64,000 nt of DNA, taken from positions 704,001-768,000 of the forward strand of contig CBDFJG010000004.1 in the NCBI GenBank assembly GCA_965248445.1. The letters are read 5' to 3'. This DNA comes from Planctomycetota bacterium. Lineage in GTDB: Bacteria; Planctomycetota; JAJSAM01; JAJVHW01. This document shows, one piece after another, positions 55,856 through 64,000 of the stretch. Numbering within the stretch: position 1 is the stretch's first letter; each line of letters begins with the position of its first letter. The notes beneath the pieces were generated by a model. The model had not been told where the DNA came from, did no database searches, and saw only the letters and a program-made list of their open reading frames with translations. The translations under genes and the position numbers were made by a program.

Positions 55856-56989
55856 ATGCGCGACCTCGACCGCAGCGTGGCGATCCTGGGCACCGGCTCC
55901 GCCGTGGGCGCCCATCGCGTCACCAACGCCGAGCTCCAGCCCCGGATCAAGGGCTACGACGACTCGTCGGGCGACTTCGCGGTCTGGGTGGACCGCGTCA
56001 CCCACATCCAGGAGCGGCCGTGGACGGACCCCGCGGAGGACGGCGCCAGGGTCCTCTCGCTCGCGGCGGCGAAAAACGCCATCGAGGCCTCGGGCGTCGA
56101 TCCGTCCGAGATCGACCACCTGATCTTCGGTTCGTTCACGTTCCACGACCTCTACCCCGGCGTCCACGCGTGGCTCGTGCAGGAGCTCGGCCTCTCGGGC
56201 GGCTCGTTCTACCTGACCGCCGCGTGCTCGGGCTCGCTGTGGGGGCTGACCATCGGTCGCTCTCTCGTGCAGTCCGGACAGAGCCGCAACGTGCTGGTGA
56301 TCGGGACCGAGTGCATGTCGCGCGTCGTCGACTGGAGCGATCCGGTGACCGCGATCCTGTTCTCGGACGGCGCCGGCGCGGTCGTGATCGGACGCAAGGA
56401 CGACGGCGAAGAGACAGGTTTCGTCGGGCAGAGCGTGCTGAAGACCGAGTACACGACCGGCAACATCCAGATGTGGAACACGAACGTCCCGCTCGACATG
56501 CGACTCGACCACACGCAGGAGCGCACGACGGAGCGGCAGTTCGTGGGCATGCGGGGAGGACCGCGCGTGCTGAAGAACGCGGTCACGCGCATGGCCGGCT
56601 CCGTGTGCGAGGTTCTCGGGTTCGATTACGAGGGCCTGCGCGGCGACGACCCCGGGCTGCGCAAAGTGCTCTCCAACGCGAAGATCGTCCCCCATCAGGC
56701 GAACGGCCGCATCGTCGAGGGGCTGCAACAGAAGCTCGGACTGCCCAACGAGCAGGTCTACAAGACGATCTATTGGCTCGGGAACTGCTCGGCCGCGACC
56801 AATCTCGTCACGCTGGACTACGGGATCCGCGAGGGGAACCTGTGTCGCACGCCGCCCGAGGACGGCAGTGGCAAGATGGGCGCAGTGACGCCCTGCGGCG
56901 AGACGATCCAGAAGGGCGACCTCGTCGTCCTGACTGCAATCGGTGCCGGTTATCTGTACGGCGCGATCGCGTTCCGTCAGGCGTATTGA
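55856..56989 (+). CDS. 3-oxoacyl-ACP synthase III (FabH-like)
   Basis: Catalytic triad TAACSG, PHQAN, LGNCSAA; LFSDGAGA; AIGAG. Confidence 0.9.
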   Translation: MRDLDRSVAILGTGSAVGAHRVTNAELQPRIKGYDDSSGDFAVWVDRVTHIQERPWTDPAEDGARVLSLAAAKNAIEASGVDPSEIDHLIFGSFTFHDLYPGVHAWLVQELGLSGGSFYLTAACSGSLWGLTIGRSLVQSGQSRNVLVIGTECMSRVVDWSDPVTAILFSDGAGAVVIGRKDDGEETGFVGQSVLKTEYTTGNIQMWNTNVPLDMRLDHTQERTTERQFVGMRGGPRVLKNAVTRMAGSVCEVLGFDYEGLRGDDPGLRKVLSNAKIVPHQANGRIVEGLQQKLGLPNEQVYKTIYWLGNCSAATNLVTLDYGIREGNLCRTPPEDGSGKMGAVTPCGETIQKGDLVVLTAIGAGYLYGAIAFRQAY

Positions 56990-56990
56990 G

Positions 56991-57692
56991 ATGCCGGACG
57001 ACTCGGCGCCCGCTGCACGCCGCACTCCGCCGAACGTTCTCCCGCCGGCCGTCGGCGCCGTCTCGGTGATCGCACTCCTCGCGGTCGTCGGGTTCATCGT
57101 GAGCGCCTGCGACTCGGGAGCGCCCGTGGACGGCGTGCCCGCCGCCTACGTCACCACGAACTACGACTTCGAGGAGACGTGGTCCGGGGACCACCCCCGC
57201 CTCCGCGAGGGAGTGCAGATCGTCGAGTGGACCGCGCAGATCGAGGCCAAGCGAAAGCCGGAGAAGTACACGCTCCGGGTCGCCGGCACGGACCTCACCC
57301 CGCTGACTCCCGAGGACGTCATCCCGCACATGCGGCAGGTCACCACGGCGCGCGAGGCGATCGACCACGCCGACCTCCTGCGCACCCTTCGCGTCGCGCC
57401 CGGCTACGGATTCGCGGCTCAGACGGGCGGATCCCCTGGATTCAACCCGGCGACCTTCGACTCCTGGGCCAGCGAGAAGAGCCTGAGTCCCGACGCCATC
57501 GCCGAGCGCGCGGAGAGTGAGGGCGGGTACAAGATCGTGCGTCCCGTGGCCGAGTTCACCGACGACGGACCGCGGATCATCGTGCTGCGCGAATTCGTGG
57601 GTGACGACGGCTCGTACTCGTTCTCGTCGGCCGGCGTACTCGCGGCGCCGGACGAGGTCGCCCGGCTGCGACTCGTCGTGTCCGACCTCTGA
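56991..57692 (+). CDS. Hypothetical membrane-anchored protein or lipoprotein
   Basis: Hydrophobic stretch ending VSAC; begins 1 nt after the fabH-like stop. Confidence 0.7.
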   Translation: MPDDSAPAARRTPPNVLPPAVGAVSVIALLAVVGFIVSACDSGAPVDGVPAAYVTTNYDFEETWSGDHPRLREGVQIVEWTAQIEAKRKPEKYTLRVAGTDLTPLTPEDVIPHMRQVTTAREAIDHADLLRTLRVAPGYGFAAQTGGSPGFNPATFDSWASEKSLSPDAIAERAESEGGYKIVRPVAEFTDDGPRIIVLREFVGDDGSYSFSSAGVLAAPDEVARLRLVVSDL

Positions 57693-57717
57693 GAGCAGGA
57701 CCGGCTAGCCTTTCGGG

Positions 57718-59967
57718 ATGACGCGGACCTGGCGAACGCTCTTCGCGACGACCACGGGGTTGCTCCTGCTGGGAACGGCCGTCGCTCAGGAGCAAGAACC
57801 ACAGGGGGCTCAGGAGCAAGAACCACAGGGGGCGCAGGAGCAAGAACCGCAGTGGGAGCGCGATCTGCGCGCTGTCGTCCCCCACGGCCGCTGGCACGTG
57901 ACCGCCAGCGTGGTCGTGGGCGCAACACGGGTCATCGACGAACTGACCGGTGACGGCATACCCGGAGCACGCTTCCTTCGCTACACGGAGATGAGCACGC
58001 CGGAGGCCGAGCTGATCGGCGCCACCACCACCGACCATCTCGGATACGCGTGGCTGCCGCTTCGCGACTGGCGCGTCGACTGCCACTGGCTCGTGCTCGC
58101 CGACGGCTATGCGCCGGAGGAGGGCTACGGAATAGCGCCGGACGAGGAGATCGAACTTCGACCGGGCCGGACGTCCACGTTCCAGATCCTGGACGGACTC
58201 GGCAGTCCGGTGGCGGACGCCCGCGTCGAGGCGTTCCAGGGTTGCGGCCACGCACCGACTGCGCGTGCCGGTCGCACCGACGCGAACGGCTTCGTCACGC
58301 TGCACGACGTGGACGACTCCGAAGTCGTTTGGGTCGAGGACGGCCCCATCTCCCCGGACTACCTGCACCCGGACAACGAACTCGCACTGGGCGCGAGGCG
58401 GCGCTTCGTGCTCCCGACCGGCGTCACCGCCACGGGTAAGGTCACCGATCCGCTGGGCCGTCCCCTCCGTGGAGTCGAGGTGCGAAAGCTCGGCTCGAAG
58501 CGCGGGCCCGCGGTGCTGACCGGCAACGACGGCAGCTATCGCCTGTTCGGCGTCGATCCGTCGGAACCGTTGTCGTTCTTCCACGCGCAGGCTGAGAAAG
58601 CGCTCATCGTCGATGCGGACGAGTGGGATGCCGACTTCCCGCTGACGCTCGCGCTCACTCCGTGGGGCCGCGCCGAGGCGGACCTGCGAGCCGGGCCGCA
58701 GACGGTCGACGTCAATGTCGTCGACGGCGCGGGGGGACCCGCCGAGCTGATGACGCTGATGCTGGTCCGCCGCGCAGACGGACGCGTGTTCACGGAGTAC
58801 ACCGAGTCGGCGGAGTATCGCGGCGACGACGACCCTCCCCCGGGTAGGGCGCAGTTCCGCGTGCCGCCCGGCACATGGGATCTCGTGCAGCCCGACCGAT
58901 TCTCGTCGCACACATTCGAAGCCCAGACCTGTGTGACGAGCGAGCCGCTCCGCGTGACCGTGCAGGCGCGAGCGCAGCCGCGCCTGTCACTCGAGGGCCC
59001 CATTCCCGACAAGGCAGACCTCACGCTGGCGGTGCCGGGCTACGAAGTCGAGATCGAGCGCGACGAGGACACTCCCTGGCGGACCATCACGTGGCTGCCG
59101 GCCGGCGTCAGGGCCACCGTTCGCGTCGAGCACATGGACGAGACGTTCTTCTTCACGGTCGGGCCGGAGAAGCCCGATCCGTTCAACCCCGGCGGGTTCC
59201 TCCGCACCGCCGTCGTCGACATCCCACCACCGCACACCATCCAGCTCGACGGCAGCAGCGACGCCGGCCTCTTTCACCGGGGCGTAGCGTGTTCACTGCA
59301 CGGCCTGCGCAGTCCGTACACGACGTACGCCACCGGTGACCTGGTCTTCCAGGTGACGCAGGCCGGGGCCGTCGTCGAGTACGGCATCACGCTTCCGGGG
59401 GGCGAAGCCACACACATCGACCTCACCGACGCGATCGGGCAGATCGATCTGCCCATGAACATCGCGGTGACCATCACCGAGGACTTCCCCGAGTTCGTGC
59501 TGGTCGAGGCCCGCGGCGCCGGTCTGCCGAACGGGTCGTTCGACGGGTCCCTCATCGAGCCCGGCACGCTGTTGATCCCGGCGAGCGGAGAGGTCGTCGT
59601 GCGGCTCCGCCGCGCTGGATACGCGACGATCAAGAAGGTCGTCGACTCGCCCGCGAACGTTGTCCCCGACTGGGGCGGCGCGACGCTGGTGCTCGACGTC
59701 CAGACCGAGCTGGACGGCGCTGCGGAGGCGCGCGTGCTCGTGGACGGCGACACGGTTGTGGGCGAGGACGGCGGCGACCTGACGGCGACGGGCGAGATCC
59801 GTGTCCGCGGCCTCACGCCGGGCGCGCACACGGTCGCGCTGATCCCGACCGACCACACTCTCGTGGGCCGTGAGCTGCGGCTGGTCCTCGGCGACGGGGA
59901 GACCCACCGCCGGGTCGTGCTCCGCGACGCCGACGACTACGACGACTACGACGACTACGACGACTGA
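57718..59967 (+). CDS. Secreted protein with carboxypeptidase-regulatory-like beta-sandwich repeats
   Basis: Signal peptide; DGLGSPVADARV...TDANG, GKVTDPLGRPLRGVEV...NDGSY; (AQEQEPQG)x3 at 57784-57852; (DDY)n tail. Confidence 0.8.
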   Translation: MTRTWRTLFATTTGLLLLGTAVAQEQEPQGAQEQEPQGAQEQEPQWERDLRAVVPHGRWHVTASVVVGATRVIDELTGDGIPGARFLRYTEMSTPEAELIGATTTDHLGYAWLPLRDWRVDCHWLVLADGYAPEEGYGIAPDEEIELRPGRTSTFQILDGLGSPVADARVEAFQGCGHAPTARAGRTDANGFVTLHDVDDSEVVWVEDGPISPDYLHPDNELALGARRRFVLPTGVTATGKVTDPLGRPLRGVEVRKLGSKRGPAVLTGNDGSYRLFGVDPSEPLSFFHAQAEKALIVDADEWDADFPLTLALTPWGRAEADLRAGPQTVDVNVVDGAGGPAELMTLMLVRRADGRVFTEYTESAEYRGDDDPPPGRAQFRVPPGTWDLVQPDRFSSHTFEAQTCVTSEPLRVTVQARAQPRLSLEGPIPDKADLTLAVPGYEVEIERDEDTPWRTITWLPAGVRATVRVEHMDETFFFTVGPEKPDPFNPGGFLRTAVVDIPPPHTIQLDGSSDAGLFHRGVACSLHGLRSPYTTYATGDLVFQVTQAGAVVEYGITLPGGEATHIDLTDAIGQIDLPMNIAVTITEDFPEFVLVEARGAGLPNGSFDGSLIEPGTLLIPASGEVVVRLRRAGYATIKKVVDSPANVVPDWGGATLVLDVQTELDGAAEARVLVDGDTVVGEDGGDLTATGEIRVRGLTPGAHTVALIPTDHTLVGRELRLVLGDGETHRRVVLRDADDYDDYDDYDD

Positions 59968-60036
59968 CGGCGAGTGCGACGGTGCGTGCGACGGCGCTGC
60001 GCCGCTTGCACCGCCCCGCCCCAGCCTCGCCAGTGT

Positions 60037-60051
60037 TGGCACACCCGTTGC
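60037..60051 (+). promoter_or_regulatory. Sigma54 (-24/-12) promoter
   Basis: TGGCAC-ACCCG-TTGC about 55 bp upstream of the hsp20 start. Confidence 0.7.
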
Positions 60052-60104
60052 GATCCCCTCCCCCGTACGCCGGCTGGCGGCGCGACGAAACGGAGGAACT
60101 CAGG

Positions 60105-60590
60105 ATGTGGCTCTCACGCCGACACGACATGCCCTTCGCGGCTTTCACTCGCATGCACGACGAGATGAACCGCGTCTTCAACGAAACGACTCAGCTTCAA
60201 AGGAACGATGACATGACCACCTGCACGACCGACTGCACCCCCACCGCCGCCGCGAAGACCCGCCGGACCGTCACCCCGCGCGCCGACGTCTGGGAGACCG
60301 ACGACGCCGCCCACGTGGTCGCGCAGGTTCCCGGCGCGACGAAGGAGGGTCTCGAGGTCACCGCCCTCGAGAACCGCCTGATCGTCAAGGCGCAGGTGGA
60401 CGCCCCCGCGTACGAGGGCGAGCTGATCCGGGCCGAGTGGCGCCCCGCGGACTACCACCGCGAATTCGCGCTCTCCCGCACGGCGGACAAGGAGGGCATC
60501 ACGGCGAAGCTCGCCAACGGCCTCCTGCACATCCGCATTCCGAAGACCGCCACGAGCAAGCCCCGCAGCATCGACGTCAACGTCGAGTAG
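60105..60590 (+). CDS. Hsp20/alpha-crystallin small heat shock protein
   Basis: PRADVWET, VPG, YHREFAL, AKLANGLLHIRIPK; GGAGGA RBS; alternative start at 60213. Confidence 0.92.
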   Translation: MWLSRRHDMPFAAFTRMHDEMNRVFNETTQLQRNDDMTTCTTDCTPTAAAKTRRTVTPRADVWETDDAAHVVAQVPGATKEGLEVTALENRLIVKAQVDAPAYEGELIRAEWRPADYHREFALSRTADKEGITAKLANGLLHIRIPKTATSKPRSIDVNVE

Positions 60591-60862
60591 GCGGACCCGC
60601 AACACCCATCCGCGGGGGACCGTCCCCAACAAGGGTCCTCTGACCTCCCTTCCAAGGACTGGCCCGGCCGCACAGGCCGGGCTGGTTCGATTCTGCTGGT
60701 TCGATTCGGGGCGCCTGCTCGCGAGTGCCAGGCCCGATGAGAGCCGCGATTCTGGCGCACCCCCCAGCGTGGATCCCGGTTGTCTTGAGTGCCAAGTACA
60801 GTCCGGTGGGCGGTGCCGCGCGTGCGGCGCCAGGGCGGAACGTGGACCGAGGGCTCCCGCGA

Positions 60863-63136
60863 ATGCACGCACTTCTGGCGGCCGGCGACGCACACGGAAT
60901 GACGATCACGCTCGGGGTGGCGATTGCCGCTGGCGTGACGCTCATCGTGATCGCGCACCGCCTGCACATCTCGGCGATCACGCTGCTGCTCCTGGGAGGC
61001 GTGGCCCTGGGGCCCGAGGGGCTGAACTTCGTGCGGCCGGAGTCCCTGGGCGAGGGCCCGCTCTCGACGATCGTCTCGCTCGCCGTCGCGATCATCCTGT
61101 TCGAGGGCGGATTGACGCTCGACCGGGAGGGCTTCGCCAGAGCCCCCGGGGTGATCAAGCGACTCCTCACCGTGGGTGTCCTGATCACGTGGATGGCGAC
61201 AGCCAGCGCGATCTACTTCATCTTCAACGTGCTCGCCGGCAAGTCCCTGAGCATCCGGTTCATCGTTCTCTGCGCAAGCCTCGTGATCGTGACCGGACCG
61301 ACCGTCATCGCACCGCTCCTCAAGCGCATCCGGGTCAGGACCAACCTGCACAACATCCTCCACTGGGAGGGTGTGCTCATCGACCCGATCGGCGTGTTCA
61401 TCGCGCTCCTCTGCTACGAGTACATCGCGACGGGTGGCGGCGCCGACGCCTTCCAGGACTTCGGCTTGCGCGTCGTCGCGGGGCTCGGGATCGGACTCGC
61501 ATCCGGCTGGCTCCTCGTGCGGATACTCCGTTCCCCGCTCGTATCCCCCGAGACCACGAACTCGTTCACGCTCGCGTTCGCCATCGGTGTGTTCGCCCTC
61601 TCGGAGACGATCGCGTCGGAGACCGGACTGTTGTCCGTGACCGTGGCCGGGTTCATGCTCGGTCTCTCGGGGCTGCAACGCCTGAAGGCACTGCGCGAGT
61701 TCAAGGCCGAGATCACCGAACTGATGATCGGGATGCTGTTCATCCTGCTCGCGTCGCGGCTGAAGCTCGACTCGTTCACAAGCTACGGATGGTGGCTACC
61801 GGGTCTGGTGCTCGTGGTCGTGCTCCTCGTGCGTCCACTGAACGTGGTCGTGTCCTCGTGGGGCCAGGGTCTGCGCAATCGCGAGAAGGCGTTCCTTGCG
61901 TGGGTTGCGCCCCGCGGGATCGTCGCCGCGTCGATGGCGTCGCTCGTGCGGCTGAAGCTCGAGTTCGAGTTCGGCACGGATGACCCGACGGTCGACGGCC
62001 TGTTCCTCGAGACGTTCACGTACTCGGTCATCTTCTCGACCGTGCTGTTGCAGGCGCCGACCGCCGGACTGGTCGCGCGCGCACTCGGACTGCGGCGGCC
62101 CACGCCGACCGGCTGGATGATCGTCGGCGCGTCGACGTTCGCGCGTCGGCTCGCGCGCTTCCTCCACAACAGCTGCAGGCTGCAGGTGTTGCTCGTCGAC
62201 TCCAACGCACGCGGCGTGACGATGGCGCGGTCGCGCGGTCTGGACGCAATCGTGGCCGACGCCCGCGACGTGTCGGAGCTCGAGACCCGCGGCGAGCTGA
62301 TCGACGTCGGGAACGTGCTGGCGCTGACGGACAACGAGGACCTGAACCTGCTTCTCTGTGACCGCTGGTCGGAGGTGGTCGGCCGCGACCGCGTGTTCCG
62401 CTGGGCCTCGCGCGCCAGCATGGATCGTCAATCCGCGCGTGGCGCAGGGACCGTGGTGTGGCCCGATCTGCCCAAGCCCTCCCTCGTGTCGCTGGAGCTC
62501 GAGCGCAACGACGCGCGCCAGCACATCCTCGACGCGCCGGACCTGGATCCGGACAGTCTGCGGACTCCCCTGCTCGGCCTGCTGGACGAGGCGGCCGTGC
62601 CGCTCGACCGTGCAACGATGGGTGACGCCGCGCAATACGGGGTCACGTTTCACCTGCGCCGGCGACGCAACAGCTATCTGCACAAGAGCCTCCTCGGGGA
62701 CCTCGTGCTGCGAGCCGAGGGGGCCGACGTCACGGAAGCCCTCGAGCGCGCGGTGGACGCACTCGTCGAACGCGCGCCCCAGCTCGACCGGGAGAGCCTG
62801 CTGGCGGAGCTCGCGGCGCGAGAGAACGTGCTCGCGAGCGTGCTGGGCAAGGGGGTCGCTGTCCCGCACGCCCGCCGCGAGGGGCTCGAACAGAGGATGA
62901 CCGCGCTGGTGCAGGTCCCCGAAGGCCTGGACATCGAGACGCCCGACGGGCTCCCGGTGCGCCTGCTCTGTCTGCTCATCTCGCCCGCAGACGACCCCGA
63001 GGGCCACCTTGCCGCCCTGGCCGAGCTCGCCGAGATCGTGGACGCCGACGTCGCCCGCGAACACCTGCTCGGCGCTCCCACGCCGGAGGAGCTTGTGATC
63101 CGCGTCCGAGCGGTGATGAACGCCCGTCAATCCTGA
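60863..63136 (+). CDS. CPA1 cation:proton antiporter fused to TrkA-N-like and PTS EIIA domains
   Basis: ILFEGGL, TGPTVI, WEGVLIDPIG, APRGIVAA; IVGA...LVDSN...ALTDNEDLN; LGKGVAVPHAR. Confidence 0.92.
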   Translation: MHALLAAGDAHGMTITLGVAIAAGVTLIVIAHRLHISAITLLLLGGVALGPEGLNFVRPESLGEGPLSTIVSLAVAIILFEGGLTLDREGFARAPGVIKRLLTVGVLITWMATASAIYFIFNVLAGKSLSIRFIVLCASLVIVTGPTVIAPLLKRIRVRTNLHNILHWEGVLIDPIGVFIALLCYEYIATGGGADAFQDFGLRVVAGLGIGLASGWLLVRILRSPLVSPETTNSFTLAFAIGVFALSETIASETGLLSVTVAGFMLGLSGLQRLKALREFKAEITELMIGMLFILLASRLKLDSFTSYGWWLPGLVLVVVLLVRPLNVVVSSWGQGLRNREKAFLAWVAPRGIVAASMASLVRLKLEFEFGTDDPTVDGLFLETFTYSVIFSTVLLQAPTAGLVARALGLRRPTPTGWMIVGASTFARRLARFLHNSCRLQVLLVDSNARGVTMARSRGLDAIVADARDVSELETRGELIDVGNVLALTDNEDLNLLLCDRWSEVVGRDRVFRWASRASMDRQSARGAGTVVWPDLPKPSLVSLELERNDARQHILDAPDLDPDSLRTPLLGLLDEAAVPLDRATMGDAAQYGVTFHLRRRRNSYLHKSLLGDLVLRAEGADVTEALERAVDALVERAPQLDRESLLAELAARENVLASVLGKGVAVPHARREGLEQRMTALVQVPEGLDIETPDGLPVRLLCLLISPADDPEGHLAALAELAEIVDADVAREHLLGAPTPEELVIRVRAVMNARQS

Positions 63137-63168
63137 CGGACGGGCAGGACGCGGTAGTCTGGGCTCCC

Positions 63169-63963
63169 ATGAGAAACACGATTGCACTCGTCGGGGGCGC
63201 GATCCTGATGCTCGGCCTCGCGACCGTCGCGGGCTGGGTGGGCGGTTCGATGTCCGCGGGGGACCCCGCGGCCGCGCCCGGCGGCACCGCGGGTGGCGGC
63301 GCCGCGCGGCTCGAGTTCGATGAACTCGACCGCCGACTGAACGCGCTCGAGAAACGGCTCGCCAACACGGACGAGAACGCGGCGGCCGCCCTCCAGGCCG
63401 TCACCGATCTACGCCCGGACGTCGAAGCACTGTCGGGGCAGCCGCGCCCCGCGGTCGCCCAGGACAGCGTGATCATCAACCCGCGCGACGTAGACGACGC
63501 GGCAGAGGCCAAGAAGACCGATCAGGAGCGCGCGGACGAGTTCCGCGACAAGGCGCGAGAGCTGTACGAGAACGCGGCGCCGATGATCCTGCGCGGCCAC
63601 CTGGCACAACTCGCCGACACGAGCGAGGGAGCGGACGACCGGCGACGAAGCCAGGTCCACGCGCAGGCGCAGCAGTTCGCAGTGGCCTACGGCGTCGACT
63701 CGAAGCACCGCGACACGGTTACCGACATCCTGAGCGAGTGGATGACGCAGAGCGTCCGCGACGTCGGCCCTTACCTGCGCGGCGGACTGGAGCGCGCGGA
63801 CTACCCCCGCGTCGAGGAAGCGATCGTGCCGGTCTGGGACGCCCGCGATGCGAAACTGAAGGAGATCCTCTCCGACCGCGCGTGGAAAGAGTACGAGGCG
63901 GACCAGAAGTTCTACCGCGGCAAGATGTCGCTCGCGTTCTCGAGGCTCGCCGAAGGCCGCTAG
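63169..63963 (+). CDS. Exported helical hypothetical protein
   Basis: N-terminal signal/TM, coiled coil, ARDAKLKEILS. Confidence 0.75.
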   Translation: MRNTIALVGGAILMLGLATVAGWVGGSMSAGDPAAAPGGTAGGGAARLEFDELDRRLNALEKRLANTDENAAAALQAVTDLRPDVEALSGQPRPAVAQDSVIINPRDVDDAAEAKKTDQERADEFRDKARELYENAAPMILRGHLAQLADTSEGADDRRRSQVHAQAQQFAVAYGVDSKHRDTVTDILSEWMTQSVRDVGPYLRGGLERADYPRVEEAIVPVWDARDAKLKEILSDRAWKEYEADQKFYRGKMSLAFSRLAEGR

Positions 63964-64000
63964 GACGATCAGCGTCGCCTGAACAAGAACAGGAGCCCGA

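Noticed and set aside
60724..60795. CIRCE element near hsp20 (GAGTGCCAG, GAGTGCCAA)
   Set aside because: Only right half-sites with no matching left arms at 9-bp spacing, and downstream of hsp20

Overview
High-GC bacterial chromosomal window; gene content and protein styles suggest a Planctomycetota genome (inference). It is mostly core genes: smc (running off the left edge), nrdR, yidC, cytochrome oxidase subunits III/IV, radC, pilC/gspF, aroB, folC, rnd, selB, recJ, comF, addAB-like, fabH-like, hsp20 and an antiporter. It also has several lineage-specific membrane, secreted and TPR proteins. Main points: (1) A translationally coupled nrdR - nrdD-like - nrdG-like unit with tandem NrdR boxes sits just upstream of smc. 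Its NrdD homologue is an intact 681-codon ORF that lacks the Zn-finger/glycyl-radical domain and most catalytic motifs, and its NrdR has a Lys-rich tail. (2) A five-copy hairpin motif with an invariant TGAC loop and covarying stems brackets terminators at two loci. (3) A single-ORF IS66 without target duplication truncates dprA. (4) Two small genes are frameshifted. (5) A pseudokinase/FHA-like membrane protein lies divergent from a Pro-rich scaffold-like protein. (6) A TMTC-like/TPR/Ig-like secreted-protein locus has a sigma54 promoter. No rRNA, tRNA or CRISPR array was recognised. All family calls come from motif recognition by eye; no database searches were run.
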